Assembly: GCA_030427125.1 (NCBI GenBank)
Contig: JAUHXF010000001.1
Coordinates: forward strand, 19,091-83,090
DNA length: 64,000 bases
From: a bacterium
GTDB taxonomy: Bacteria; Patescibacteriota; Saccharimonadia; Saccharimonadales; SZUA-47
Direction: 5' to 3'
The notes beneath the pieces are model-generated. The model was not told where the DNA came from. It worked only from the letters and a program-made list of their open reading frames with translations, and did no database searches. How positions within the stretch are numbered: the first letter of the stretch is position 1; each line of letters opens with the position of its first letter. This document shows, piece after piece, positions 44,763 to 54,546 of the stretch. A program made the translations under genes and the position numbers.

Positions 44763-44768
44763 TAATAT
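44763..44768 (+). promoter_or_regulatory. -10 box (TAATAT) 6 nt upstream of the idi ATG; leaderless mRNA predicted
   Basis: TAATAT-GATTGT-ATG. Confidence 0.35.
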
Positions 44769-44774
44769 GATTGT

Positions 44775-45380
44775 ATGGAGTATGTATATTACGTAGATGA
44801 GTCAGATACCCCTACGGGTGAGACGTCAGAAAAGTATACTGCTCATTACAGTGACACGAAACTGCATGCTGCGTTCTCGTGCTATATTTTCAACGAAGAA
44901 GGTAAATTCCTCGTAACTCAACGCGCTGATTCAAAAAAAGTCTGGCCTGGCGTGTGGACTAATTCTTGTTGTGGCCACCCCGCACCCGATGAGAGCAGAG
45001 AGGATGCCATTAACAGGCGAGTTCAATACGAATTGGGTATGAAAGTAAAGAACATCCGTCAAATCATCCCTGATTACATCTATAAAACACCACCGTATAA
45101 TGGCATTATTGAACATGAATATTGTCCGGTATATGTCGCAATAGCGGATTCTGATATAGAACCAAACCCAGATGAAGTGATGGATCATGCATGGATGGAT
45201 TGGTCTGAATATATGCAGAGATTAGAGAGCGACTCTGATGACTACTCTGTCTTTTCAGAAAACGTGCCAGCTGAAATCACAGATGATATGCCTAGGTGGA
45301 GCTGGTGGTGCAAGGATCAGCTAAAGCACCTAAAAGATAATCAAGCTTTCTCTGATTTTATTGAAGATATTATTTCTTAG
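44775..45380 (+). CDS. idi: Isopentenyl-diphosphate delta-isomerase, type 1 (Nudix fold)
   Basis: LHAAFSCYIFNEEGKFLVTQRADSKKVWPGVWTNSCCGHP and EHEY are type-1 IDI hallmarks. Confidence 0.85.
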   Translation: MEYVYYVDESDTPTGETSEKYTAHYSDTKLHAAFSCYIFNEEGKFLVTQRADSKKVWPGVWTNSCCGHPAPDESREDAINRRVQYELGMKVKNIRQIIPDYIYKTPPYNGIIEHEYCPVYVAIADSDIEPNPDEVMDHAWMDWSEYMQRLESDSDDYSVFSENVPAEITDDMPRWSWWCKDQLKHLKDNQAFSDFIEDIIS

Positions 45381-46233
45381 ATTCTTTTGGGTGGTGGACA
45401 ACTCGTTGTGGGAATGGAATCTCTATGCCGTTTTTATCAAACGCAATCTTTAGGCGTTTACGTAGTTCCCCGGTTGCAGCCCATTGCTCCATAGGTACAG
45501 TCGTGCCAAGAATTTTGACGTCTACCGACGAATCACCGAAGTTATCAACGCGCAAAAATACTGGTGCTTCAACGATAATATCTTTCCATTCTTCGTCGTT
45601 CGCGAGCTCTTCACCAACTTGGTTAATAACTTTTTCAACTTTGGCTAAATCGTCACTATAGCTCACGCCCACGTTTAGATTGATATTAGCAAAGTCCATG
45701 GTCATATTTGTTGCCATAGTGATTTCACCGTTTGGAATATGGTGTAACATGCCGTCCAAGTCGCGAAGTACGGTTGCACGCAGCGTGAATTTTTCCACTG
45801 TTCCTGACACTTCTTTATTTAATTCTACGACATCCCCAACTCGATATTGGTTTTCAAGCAGAATAAACGTACCTGTCACAACGTCTTTCACGAGCGATTG
45901 TGCGCCGAAACCAATTGCCAGACCAGCGATACCGGCGCTTGCGATAAGTGGTCCAAGATTGATATTGAATTGCCCCAAGACAATCATGACTGCTACAGCC
46001 CATATGAATACAGTGGCTGTGGTTGAGAGGATGCTTTTTAGCGTGTCTTCACGAGCCACTTCATCTCTCTCTGACTCAAATTGGTTTGATTTAACAGCTC
46101 GCTCAACCGCACGACCAATGAATGTGTTAACGGTTTTCTGTGCAAAGCTAGCAATTGCAATAACGACTAAAACACCAAGGACATTGTTCAAAAAGAAATC
46201 AATAATCGTTTGCCATGTTGAGCTGTCTTCCAT
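45370..46233 (-). CDS. Small-conductance mechanosensitive channel (MscS family)
   Basis: Three TM helices and a beta-domain with the RVGDVVEL pattern. TGtTATACT lies 7 nt upstream of the ATG. Confidence 0.8.
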   Translation of the reverse strand: MEDSSTWQTIIDFFLNNVLGVLVVIAIASFAQKTVNTFIGRAVERAVKSNQFESERDEVAREDTLKSILSTTATVFIWAVAVMIVLGQFNINLGPLIASAGIAGLAIGFGAQSLVKDVVTGTFILLENQYRVGDVVELNKEVSGTVEKFTLRATVLRDLDGMLHHIPNGEITMATNMTMDFANINLNVGVSYSDDLAKVEKVINQVGEELANDEEWKDIIVEAPVFLRVDNFGDSSVDVKILGTTVPMEQWAATGELRKRLKIAFDKNGIEIPFPQRVVHHPKESKK

Positions 46234-46286
46234 TCAGTCTAGTATAACAACTCTACTGTATGATGGAAGTAGTTTGGAGGAAATAA

Positions 46287-46631
46287 ATGAAGTTTAATGA
46301 ATATCAAAAACAAGCACTAAAAACAGATTTAATGATCGGCAAGGGAACTGATCTTAATTCAACCGGATTCTTGGAGAAACTCCTTGGTCTTGTTGGTGAA
46401 ACCGGTGAGCTTGCAGATAAGTTCAAAAAGATACTTCGTGATGAGGATGGAGTGATAAGTGATGAAAAGATGGACCTTATTAAAAAAGAATTAGGCGATG
46501 TCCTCTGGTATCTAGCGTCGTTATCTGACTACTTAGGCTTTGAGCTCGAAGACGTCGCACAGACAAATATCGAGAAGCTAGCCAGCAGACAAAAGCGTGG
46601 CAAACTCGGCGGGGCGGGTGACAGTCGATGA
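46287..46631 (+). CDS. MazG-like nucleotide pyrophosphohydrolase domain protein
   Basis: GLVGETGELADKF and ELGDVLWYLASL. GGAGGAA lies upstream as a Shine-Dalgarno sequence. Confidence 0.75.
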   Translation: MKFNEYQKQALKTDLMIGKGTDLNSTGFLEKLLGLVGETGELADKFKKILRDEDGVISDEKMDLIKKELGDVLWYLASLSDYLGFELEDVAQTNIEKLASRQKRGKLGGAGDSR

Positions 46632-47092
46632 AATTTGACGACATCTATGATACAGCTCGACCCTATATCGCATGTTTCACGATTTTGAGACGTGGGAACG
46701 AGATTGCCATGGTTAAGCGCAAGAATACAGGCTGGATGGATGGCCATTACGGGCTGCCAGCAGGAAAAGTAGAGTATGGTGAAACGTATATGCAGGGAGC
46801 TGTTCGAGAAGCGAAAGAAGAGGCTGGTGTGAATGTTGAACAAGAAGACTTACTATACGTACATACAGTTCACAGGCATTCAGAGCAGGACTACGGAAAG
46901 TTTCAAGACTGGATTGATGTATATTTTGAGGCAAAACAATGGGAAGGTGAGCCATATAATGCAGAAGAGGAAAAGGCTGAGTCTCTTGACTGGTTAGATT
47001 TTAATAATCTTCCCGATAATATTGTTCCGCCTGTCCGAGACGCGCTTATGCAGATTCATGAAGGGAAGCAGTATAGCGAGTATGGCTGGTAA
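46628..47092 (+). CDS. NUDIX hydrolase
   Basis: Nudix box GKVEYGETYMQGAVREAKEEAGV. It overlaps the upstream stop (ATGA). Confidence 0.85.
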   Translation: MKFDDIYDTARPYIACFTILRRGNEIAMVKRKNTGWMDGHYGLPAGKVEYGETYMQGAVREAKEEAGVNVEQEDLLYVHTVHRHSEQDYGKFQDWIDVYFEAKQWEGEPYNAEEEKAESLDWLDFNNLPDNIVPPVRDALMQIHEGKQYSEYGW

Positions 47093-47336
47093 AGCATGGA
47101 AAAATGTAGATAAGGACGGGGTGCAGTCGCTGTATCGTGAGTTCTCGTTTGAGAATTTCAGAGAAGCTTTGTCTTTCGTGAACAAGGCAGGAGAGCTGGC
47201 AGAAAAGTCGAATCATCATCCTGATGTAACACTCGGTTGGGGGTATGTAAAACTGTGGCTGACAACGCACAGTGACGGAGGAGTGACCGAGAAAGACCAC
47301 GAACTCGCTAGACAAATCGACCAACTAACAGATTAG
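47082..47336 (+). CDS. 4a-hydroxytetrahydrobiopterin dehydratase (PCD/DCoH-like)
   Basis: FENFREALSFVNKAGELAEKSNHHPDV...W matches the PCD pattern. I prefer the ATG at 47082 over 47022. Confidence 0.7.
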   Translation: MAGKAWKNVDKDGVQSLYREFSFENFREALSFVNKAGELAEKSNHHPDVTLGWGYVKLWLTTHSDGGVTEKDHELARQIDQLTD

Positions 47337-47358
47337 ATTGAAGATAATACGTATTGAT

Positions 47359-47400
47359 CTGAAATCGGATTTAAATCCGAGAAAAATCCGATTTCAGTTT
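47359..47400. terminator. Long hairpin between convergent genes
   Basis: 14-bp inverted repeat CTGAAATCGGATTT (47359-72) / AAATCCGATTTCAG (47384-97), followed by TTT. Confidence 0.6.
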
Positions 47401-48141
47401 CTAGATATTAAAATCCAAGATAAGTGCTTTATGATCAGATACAATCATGTCGGACGCCCAATAATCTTTGACTTCTATTGCTTTATTTACAAAAACAAAG
47501 TCAATAACTTCTTTTCGTTTTGCTAGTATACTTCGTGTATTCTTAATTCCGTATTCTGTACATAAGTTATTTAGCCTCGAATGGATAGGTTTTAACGATG
47601 TACTTTTTGGGTGTAGGTTGAAATCTCCAGTAAGTATAACCGGTCCCTCCAGGGCATCTACATAATCTGCTATGCGTTGCATCTGTCTTGTATTTTCGGG
47701 CGAACCATCTTTGGAGTGTGGATCGTGGTGCCCCTGATGCGTGAGAACGTGCAGGATTTGGCCGTTTACGTCGATTTTTGCATGGATAAAGTTACGGGTA
47801 TTGTATGATCCAGATCCGTCTCCAATCTCAGTGTCTTCTACAGGTTTGTTGCCGCGTGTGAATGTAACTTTCGATGAAATAATTGGATATTTGCTGATAA
47901 TAGTGTTGCCGAAGTCATCAAGCCGATGCATAAATCGGTAGCTTTGTACTTTTCCAAATGCTCGATGTGGATAGGAGTCGGACGGAAATAGCTCGTTAGA
48001 TGAAGCGAATATACTACCTGGTCGCTCAATTGTTAGATAATCTTCTTGTAGGCAGACAATATCTGGATTTTCTGCATCTCGGAATCTTTTTATTTGTGTT
48101 GCGAGTTTTCCACTCCAACAGTTTAGCTGCACCAGTCTCAA
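47401..48141 (-). CDS. Endonuclease/exonuclease/phosphatase (EEP) family protein
   Basis: LRLVQLNCW start and the SDHKAL C-terminal motif. I prefer the TTG start at 48141, because AAAGGAG lies 5 nt upstream and the TTG overlaps the murC TGA stop. The ORF-track ATG at 48198 would overlap murC by 61 nt. Confidence 0.7.
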   Translation of the reverse strand: MRLVQLNCWSGKLATQIKRFRDAENPDIVCLQEDYLTIERPGSIFASSNELFPSDSYPHRAFGKVQSYRFMHRLDDFGNTIISKYPIISSKVTFTRGNKPVEDTEIGDGSGSYNTRNFIHAKIDVNGQILHVLTHQGHHDPHSKDGSPENTRQMQRIADYVDALEGPVILTGDFNLHPKSTSLKPIHSRLNNLCTEYGIKNTRSILAKRKEVIDFVFVNKAIEVKDYWASDMIVSDHKALILDFNI

Positions 48142-49433
48142 GCGAACTCCTTTCGGAGCCACTCGTCGAGCGAGCCACCACCGCCCGCTGAAAGACAAAG
48201 TACTAAGTTTCCACTATCTAGTTCGGAGCGTATGTGTTCTCTCAGGTCATTGTTTAGTTCAGCTGGGATTTTTTCGTCTGGGGATTGTATGATCTGAACG
48301 AGTTTTTCTGGTGTGAGGTCCTCGAGTGATTCGTCTTCACGTGCTTTATAGCTTGGTACGACGTAGAGTTTTTTGCACCCCCTAAATATGTCAGCTAGCT
48401 GTTCACGAATAAAATGCTGTCTCGTGTTGTGTAAGCCCTCATAGATGACAACAACATTATCACCTGCGATTTCACGAGTCAGCTGCAGCGCTCCCTTGAT
48501 CTTTTCGGGTGTGTGGGCATAGTCCGTGTAGAGATTATCAGCGAGCTTTTCGAAGCGGCGTGATACTCCTGGAAAAGAACACAGCAAAGATTGAAGCTCG
48601 ACAATATCTTCTTTTTCTAATTCAAGCAGCAGTGCTTGAGCGACTAAATGGGCATTCTCTCGGTTTACTCTGCCTGGTAGTTTTATCAGTTCATCAGGAT
48701 AGTCTTCTTTGTTCATGAGTAGCATTTTTTGCGTAGACTCTAGTTTGCCTAAACGGTTTGCATCGTCTTCCCACATAACTATCTGTTCAGATTGGTGTAT
48801 AAACTGTAGAAACGCGTTGTTATAGTCATCTGTTGTTGGGTAAATATCTGGATGATCATATGCTATCCCGGGGATAATGGATAGCTGTGGCTGAAACGCT
48901 AGAAAGTTTCGGTCATACTCATCAGCTTCATATACGAAATACTTTGCTTGCGGATTAAACTCGCCCACGCCCCCAAACGATAATTTACCACCAACAGAAT
49001 AGCTGACGGGTAGTCCGAGTTCTTTGAATAACCAGATAACCATTGCTGTCGTTGTAGTTTTGCCGTGTGTTCCCGCAATCGCAATCATCTTTTGATCAGT
49101 ATCATCCAATAATTTCTGTAGAAACTCGTCTCGTTTTGATCTCCGAATGTTATTTTTATCAGCAAAGACTAACTCAGGATGATGTTCATGCTCTTTTTCG
49201 ACAGCTGACGAATATACAAGCCAATCAATTTGGTTTGTATCGTGTACAGCCCGAATTGCTTCTTCTGTTTGGCCGATGTGGATAGACTTGATGCCTTTGG
49301 AGCGAAGATTCTTTAGGTAGTCAGAATCTTGTTTATCAGAACCTGATACTTCATAGCCAGCTTGTTTCGCTATTAATGCTAAAGGGCCAATACCAGCTCC
49401 GCCAATTCCTGAGAAGTATATGTGTCCGCGCAT
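48138..49433 (-). CDS. murC: UDP-N-acetylmuramate--L-alanine ligase
   Basis: GIGGAGIGPLA N-terminal Rossmann motif and Mur-ligase P-loop GTHGKTTTTAM. Confidence 0.85.
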   Translation of the reverse strand: MRGHIYFSGIGGAGIGPLALIAKQAGYEVSGSDKQDSDYLKNLRSKGIKSIHIGQTEEAIRAVHDTNQIDWLVYSSAVEKEHEHHPELVFADKNNIRRSKRDEFLQKLLDDTDQKMIAIAGTHGKTTTTAMVIWLFKELGLPVSYSVGGKLSFGGVGEFNPQAKYFVYEADEYDRNFLAFQPQLSIIPGIAYDHPDIYPTTDDYNNAFLQFIHQSEQIVMWEDDANRLGKLESTQKMLLMNKEDYPDELIKLPGRVNRENAHLVAQALLLELEKEDIVELQSLLCSFPGVSRRFEKLADNLYTDYAHTPEKIKGALQLTREIAGDNVVVIYEGLHNTRQHFIREQLADIFRGCKKLYVVPSYKAREDESLEDLTPEKLVQIIQSPDEKIPAELNNDLREHIRSELDSGNLVLCLSAGGGGSLDEWLRKEFA

Positions 49434-49495
49434 AGCTCCTAGTCTACCCTGTTGCAGAGATGTTTGCTATAGTGGTGCCAAAGGTTTAAACAAAA

Positions 49496-50704
49496 ATGAT
49501 ACAAAAATTAATTCATAAGATCGCTGCACGGCGCCACCCTTGGCGAGATATGAAGTTTGACGAGCTTGCTGAAATCTACACCAGTATGACTGTTCGTAGT
49601 GTCGGCTTTGGCATGATAGGTATTTTTGTACCGGTATATCTCTATGATGTTGGGGTTGCTATTCAAGAAATAGTTTTTTTCTTTTTTCTCATGTTTGTTT
49701 TTCGAATACCTGTTTCTGTTATCGTTGCGAAGATTGTTGCACGTGTGGGTCCGAAGCATACCATCGCTTTAAGCACAGTAGCCTCGATACTATTTTTAGG
49801 GATGTTATTATCATTTGAATCACAACAATGGCCGTTAGCGCTATTGTCTCTTGTTTATACGTCGTCACTAGCTCTGTTTTTTATCGCATATAATGTCGAC
49901 TTCTCAAAAATTCAACACAGCAGCCACGGCGGGAAAGAGCTCGGGTGGCTATACGCGTTTGAGAAGCTGGGAATGGCTGCAGGTCCGTTTGTTGGGGGAG
50001 TGGTGGCAAGTATATTCGTTCCTGAATTAACACTCATCGTATCCATCCTTGTGTTAGTTGTTTCTCTGGTTCCATTATTCATGACGAGAGAGCCTGTAAA
50101 GACGCATCAAGAACTTGTGTTTAGAGGTTTCCCGATGAAGAAGCACATGCGAGGTTTTGTATCGTTAGGCTCATTTAATGCGGTTAATAGTTCGTATAAT
50201 ATGCTGTGGCCATTGTTTCTGGCCGTTTTTATCTTTACTGAAGATGCATACTTCAAGCTCGGTGCACTTGCCGCTATTTCTGTATTGGTTGCAGTATTTG
50301 CTGCACGCATGTTTGGTGCATTTATTGATAGTAGGAAAGGCGGTGCGCTGCTTAGATATGGAGTTGGCATGGGCTTCATTCTACAGATATCGCGTGCTCT
50401 AACAACAACCGCAGGTGGGGCAGTCGCAGTGAATACGTTGGGAGAGCCGATTATGTTAGCTTACAGGATGCCACTAGTGAAAGGTGCCTATGATGCTGCC
50501 GATAGCGAAAATGGCTACAGAATCGTATTCATGACATGGTTTGAGGTCTGGACGGCAGTTGCGAAAGCTTTGTATTATTTTGCGCTTTATATCGCAATGT
50601 TTCATTTTGACGAAATAGCTGCTATGAGAGTGAGCTTTGCAGTATTGGGAGTAGTAGGATTTGGAATGTTGCTCCAACGATTTCCTGCGCTAAAGAAGGT
50701 ATAA
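49496..50704 (+). CDS. MFS-type transporter
   Basis: 402 aa with about 12 TM helices. A TGcTATAGT promoter-like box lies about 24 nt upstream. Confidence 0.6.
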   Translation: MIQKLIHKIAARRHPWRDMKFDELAEIYTSMTVRSVGFGMIGIFVPVYLYDVGVAIQEIVFFFFLMFVFRIPVSVIVAKIVARVGPKHTIALSTVASILFLGMLLSFESQQWPLALLSLVYTSSLALFFIAYNVDFSKIQHSSHGGKELGWLYAFEKLGMAAGPFVGGVVASIFVPELTLIVSILVLVVSLVPLFMTREPVKTHQELVFRGFPMKKHMRGFVSLGSFNAVNSSYNMLWPLFLAVFIFTEDAYFKLGALAAISVLVAVFAARMFGAFIDSRKGGALLRYGVGMGFILQISRALTTTAGGAVAVNTLGEPIMLAYRMPLVKGAYDAADSENGYRIVFMTWFEVWTAVAKALYYFALYIAMFHFDEIAAMRVSFAVLGVVGFGMLLQRFPALKKV

Positions 50705-50709
50705 TTAGC

Positions 50710-51357
50710 ATGAGCATGAAAAACAACCGTGAATTGATACGCACCGATCATCGAATGATACTAAAGATCGCTGTTTTTGGCGTTTTGACTATTGTGTCGG
50801 TTGGGTTGTTTATTTTTGGCATGGTTACTAACAGTAATGGGGCGGTGGAGCGATTCAACACACTCAAAGCGGTTGATAAAGCTGGTGGCGATGTTGAGAC
50901 AGCACTCGCAGAGCTTCAAGATTATATACATGCACACATGAATACAGAGCTAGGTGGACCGAATAGTATATATCCACCAATACAGCTGAACGGAACATAC
51001 AACCGTCTCGTTGCTGAGGAGACAGCAAGAATTGAGAAAAAGAACGAAGATGCTCGAAAGACTAATGAGAAAGTCAGGCAGGATGCGGATAGGATATGTG
51101 CAGCTCGCCATCCTGTCGGGCAGATAATTCAACGAGCACAGTGTAATGCTGAGTATATCGAGGAAAACAGTGTGAGCGAAACAAATGAATCTGTTGTTAT
51201 TGATGAATCATTCTATAAGTTTAATTACGTTGCGCCTCGATGGTCTCCTGACCTTGCCGGCTTCAGTCTTTTATTCGCTATAGGCTTTGGTGTCATAACG
51301 CTTATCTATCTAATAAGACACTTACATATTCGTCACCTAATCAATATTGGGAATTAA
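50710..51357 (+). CDS. Hypothetical protein with N- and C-terminal TM helices
   Basis: 215 aa with AAGAAGG upstream. No recognised motif. Confidence 0.5.
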   Translation: MSMKNNRELIRTDHRMILKIAVFGVLTIVSVGLFIFGMVTNSNGAVERFNTLKAVDKAGGDVETALAELQDYIHAHMNTELGGPNSIYPPIQLNGTYNRLVAEETARIEKKNEDARKTNEKVRQDADRICAARHPVGQIIQRAQCNAEYIEENSVSETNESVVIDESFYKFNYVAPRWSPDLAGFSLLFAIGFGVITLIYLIRHLHIRHLINIGN

Positions 51358-51367
51358 CGATAGAATT

Positions 51368-51398
51368 AAAAAACCCGCTCGATTTTGGAGCGGGTTTT
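51368..51398. terminator. Bidirectional intrinsic terminator
   Basis: AAACCCGCTC (51371-80) pairs with GAGCGGGTTT (51388-97). It is flanked by an A-tract and a T-tract. Confidence 0.8.
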
Positions 51399-51417
51399 AA
51401 TGGTTACGACTTCTCGT

Positions 51418-52110
51418 TTAGTTGTCTGTACCAGTTTCTGTTGGTACTTCTGACGATCCAGTAGGAGTATCGTTTTGCTCCTCTGTACCTGTTGGCTGTG
51501 TGCCTGCTGCTGGAGCTGCACCTTGTTGGTTAGCGGCTGGAGTCTGTTGTGTAGGTTGCTCACCGTTAGCTTTAAACTCGGTGATTGCTGTTACGACTTG
51601 GCCGTCATTCTTAAGATTTTCCCAGTAAAGTACTTTCTCTCGTGAGATGAACATGACATCTTCAGGTCCATGTAGCTCGTTACCAAGCTTTGCTAGGCTG
51701 ATGTTTGGCTGGGACTGTGTCTCTGCGCCTTCCGGTTGGATCGGCTGTTCTACACGAACATAGAATATATCGGTTAGTTGATATAGATCTTTGTTGTAGA
51801 CGTCAAGTTTACCAAAGTATACTTGACCGTCAGGACTATCAAGGAAGACTGCCTGATATCGATCATCATTGATTAGTTCTTCCTCAGGGTTACCGTTACT
51901 ACCAAATACGAGACCGATAACGAGTGCAGCCGCGATAATAGCGACGCCAAATACGACCACCATCGAGCTTACTTTACCAAAGTCAAAACCTTTGCCTTTT
52001 TTTTCTTTTTTTGGAGCTTGTGGTTGGCTTCCACCGGTGCTCATGTCTGTTTGTGCAGGTGCAGCTTGTTGCTGTTGCTGCGGACGATTGCCTCTATTAG
52101 AGAAATCCAT
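51418..52110 (-). CDS. Hypothetical membrane-anchored protein with Q/P-rich termini
   Basis: 230 aa with one TM helix. AGGTGGGA lies upstream as a Shine-Dalgarno sequence. Confidence 0.5.
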   Translation of the reverse strand: MDFSNRGNRPQQQQQAAPAQTDMSTGGSQPQAPKKEKKGKGFDFGKVSSMVVVFGVAIIAAALVIGLVFGSNGNPEEELINDDRYQAVFLDSPDGQVYFGKLDVYNKDLYQLTDIFYVRVEQPIQPEGAETQSQPNISLAKLGNELHGPEDVMFISREKVLYWENLKNDGQVVTAITEFKANGEQPTQQTPAANQQGAAPAAGTQPTGTEEQNDTPTGSSEVPTETGTDN

Positions 52111-52342
52111 CTATTCCCACCTAACCTTTCTCAATTTATAGTGTTATAAACATAAGTGTAATGCATATATGTACGCAAGTGCAATACTTTTTATAGGGTG
52201 AGGGCTATCATACGTGGCTGCTTATTCACAATAATCAATCCGTTTACGTAGCGCTTAATCTGTTAAAAAGAGTTGACAAGTGTTATTAACCAGTAGTATC
52301 GTGTGGTTACTAACTAATGTTAAGAGGGGAAAGGTGTAAGCA

Positions 52343-52543
52343 ATGGCTTATAAGCACACAAACTCAAAGGGTGTAACATACTATCTAAACTCAAAGGACG
52401 TTACGCTCCGAGGTGGAAAGACACAAACAATCTATTACTTTTCAAAAGACGAGCGACCTGAAGGTATCGATGATGTACCTGCTGGTATGCAAGTTAATGA
52501 AAACCCACGTAACGGCTTCCTAACTGTTAGCCGCAAGAAATAG
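52343..52543 (+). CDS. Hypothetical small protein
   Basis: 66 aa with GAGGGGAAAGG upstream, followed by a terminator. Confidence 0.5.
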   Translation: MAYKHTNSKGVTYYLNSKDVTLRGGKTQTIYYFSKDERPEGIDDVPAGMQVNENPRNGFLTVSRKK

Positions 52544-52564
52544 TACTAATTATTTCTTATATTA

Positions 52565-52595
52565 TAGCTCTCGGTTTTCGTCGGGGGCTATTTTT
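52565..52595 (+). terminator. Intrinsic terminator
   Basis: TAGCTCTCG pairs with CGGGGGCTA (including G-U pairs), followed by T5. Confidence 0.6.
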
Positions 52596-52633
52596 ATTGG
52601 AAACTAACTTCAAGCAGGTATATAGTTAAAGTG

Positions 52634-53404
52634 ATGAAATCAAGCGGGTCAAAACCAATTCTACAAGCAGAAAATCTCACGAAGCATTATGATGGGGTTC
52701 AAGTAGTAAAAGGGATTAGTTTTGACGTTAAAAAGGGTGAAATATTCGGGATTCTTGGCCCTAACGGGGCTGGCAAGACGACGACACTCGAAATGCTTGA
52801 AACAATGCGAGAGATTGATGGCGGCAAGGCAATCATAGCCGGCATCGATGTAGCAAAGAACCAAGATAAGGTTAAAGCTATCATTGGTGTGCAACCTCAG
52901 ACGCCGAATTTTGAGGAAAAGACCAAACTTGTTGAATTGATTAGTTTTCTAGCATCTTGTTATGGTGAAAAAGTTGACGCTATTGAGCTGTTAAAAAAGG
53001 TTAACCTTGAAGAAAAAGCCAACAGCTATCCTGAAAACCTTTCAGGAGGCCAGCGGCAGCGCTTTAGTATTGCTACTGCTCTTGTGCACGGACCGAAAGT
53101 ATTCTTCCTCGATGAGCCAACGACCGGCTTAGACCCACAGGCACGCAGAAACCTTTGGGATCTTGTAAAAGAAGTACGTGATAGCGGTATAACTGTTGTT
53201 ATGACGACGCATTATATGGATGAGGCTGAAATACTTTGCGATCGCGTTGCGATAATGGATGAAGGTAAAATCATCGCACTTGATACGCCAAAGAAACTGA
53301 TTAAAAACCTGCTTGCCAAAGGATTTAAGAAAGAGCAGCATGTGGAGCAAGCAGACCTCGAAGACGTGTTTATAGATTTAACCGGAAAGGCCTTGAGGGA
53401 ATAG
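52634..53404 (+). CDS. ABC transporter ATP-binding protein
   Basis: Walker A GPNGAGKTT, signature LSGGQRQRF, Walker B VFFLDEPTTGLD. Confidence 0.9.
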   Translation: MKSSGSKPILQAENLTKHYDGVQVVKGISFDVKKGEIFGILGPNGAGKTTTLEMLETMREIDGGKAIIAGIDVAKNQDKVKAIIGVQPQTPNFEEKTKLVELISFLASCYGEKVDAIELLKKVNLEEKANSYPENLSGGQRQRFSIATALVHGPKVFFLDEPTTGLDPQARRNLWDLVKEVRDSGITVVMTTHYMDEAEILCDRVAIMDEGKIIALDTPKKLIKNLLAKGFKKEQHVEQADLEDVFIDLTGKALRE

Positions 53405-53405
53405 T

Positions 53406-54524
53406 ATGAGTGATTTTCGTCGGGCTATTTTACCGATCACGACCTTTGTAAGGATCGATGTAAAGAGATTATTTCGAGATAAAGTAGCGATTTTCTTTGT
53501 CTTTGTCTTTCCGCTTATTTTCTTGCTGATTTTTGGAAGTATATTCAGTGGAGATAACAACGTATCGTTTCGTGTGGCGCTATTTAACGAATCAGAATCA
53601 GAAATTGCTACGGAGCTTGAGAATCAGATGAGAGAAAACGATTTCTTTCAGCTTGATGAGGATGTGACGACAGCGGAACAAGCGGAAGAAAAAATGAGTC
53701 GCGGCCAGCTTGACGCGACAATTGTACTGCCAGCAGAATTCGGTACGGTTGCGGAGGGGCAACAAAACCCAAGCGGTAATCTAGATATCACATATAACCA
53801 GTCGAATGAGAACGCAGGCCAAACATTGGCTTCAGTCATGAATTCTGTCATGGCAGAAATTAACAATCAGTTTGTGGATACATCTGTGCCATTTACGGTG
53901 ACCGCAAGCTCAACAGACACCCAGGGATTATCGCAGTTTGATTATACTTTTTCAGGTATTCTTGGATTCACGCTGTTAAGCCTCGGTATATTTGGTCCGA
54001 CAACAGTATTTCCACGGCTAAAACAACGTGGTGTATTAAGGCGGTACAAAGCAACGACGCTAAAAATATGGCAGTTTTTTACAGGGAATGTTCTTTCGAA
54101 TGCATTTGTGGGTCTCATCGCGCTCGTTATCATGTTCGCTGCAGCCGTTCTTATTTTTGATCTAAATATGCGGGGCAGCTACCTTAATCTCGCGATTGTC
54201 GTGACGCTCGGAACAATATTACTGTTTGGTATTGGACTTGCAATCGGTGGTTGGGCGAAGAATGAGAACCAGGCCGCGCCAATATCGCAACTGGTTACGT
54301 TACCGATGATGTTCTTAAGCGGTGTCTTTTTCCCTGTATTCTTGATGCCAGAAATTCTCCAAAACATTACAAGATTCATACCACTCACGCCGATCATTGA
54401 CTCCATTAGACTTGTTATTACTGAGAATGCTAGCTTGCTTGATCTTGGATCTGAGCTCGGGATAATTCTCGGCTGGACGGTAGTTGTTTATTTAGTCGCA
54501 TTCAAAGTCTTCCGCTGGGAATAG
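53406..54524 (+). CDS. ABC-2 type transporter permease
   Basis: 372 aa. N-terminal TM helix, a large extracytoplasmic loop and five C-terminal TM helices. It starts 2 nt after the ATPase stop. Confidence 0.75.
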   Translation: MSDFRRAILPITTFVRIDVKRLFRDKVAIFFVFVFPLIFLLIFGSIFSGDNNVSFRVALFNESESEIATELENQMRENDFFQLDEDVTTAEQAEEKMSRGQLDATIVLPAEFGTVAEGQQNPSGNLDITYNQSNENAGQTLASVMNSVMAEINNQFVDTSVPFTVTASSTDTQGLSQFDYTFSGILGFTLLSLGIFGPTTVFPRLKQRGVLRRYKATTLKIWQFFTGNVLSNAFVGLIALVIMFAAAVLIFDLNMRGSYLNLAIVVTLGTILLFGIGLAIGGWAKNENQAAPISQLVTLPMMFLSGVFFPVFLMPEILQNITRFIPLTPIIDSIRLVITENASLLDLGSELGIILGWTVVVYLVAFKVFRWE

Positions 54525-54531
54525 TTGATAC

Positions 54532-54540
54532 TGATAGAAT
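54532..54540 (+). promoter_or_regulatory. Extended -10 promoter (TGaTAGAAT) 6 nt upstream of the crtI ATG; leaderless mRNA predicted
   Basis: TGATAGAAT-TAAGTA-ATG, with no Shine-Dalgarno sequence. Confidence 0.5.
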
Positions 54541-54546
54541 TAAGTA

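Noticed and set aside
45680-46297. 205-aa plus-strand ORF antisense to the MscS gene; likewise 38134-38703(-), 29388-29948(+), 18210-18668(-), 35419-35685(+), 27358-27717(-) and 21254-21607(-)
   Set aside because: Each lies fully within a gene on the other strand that has recognisable family motifs or a good Shine-Dalgarno/promoter context. Their translations are compositionally biased and have no start signals.
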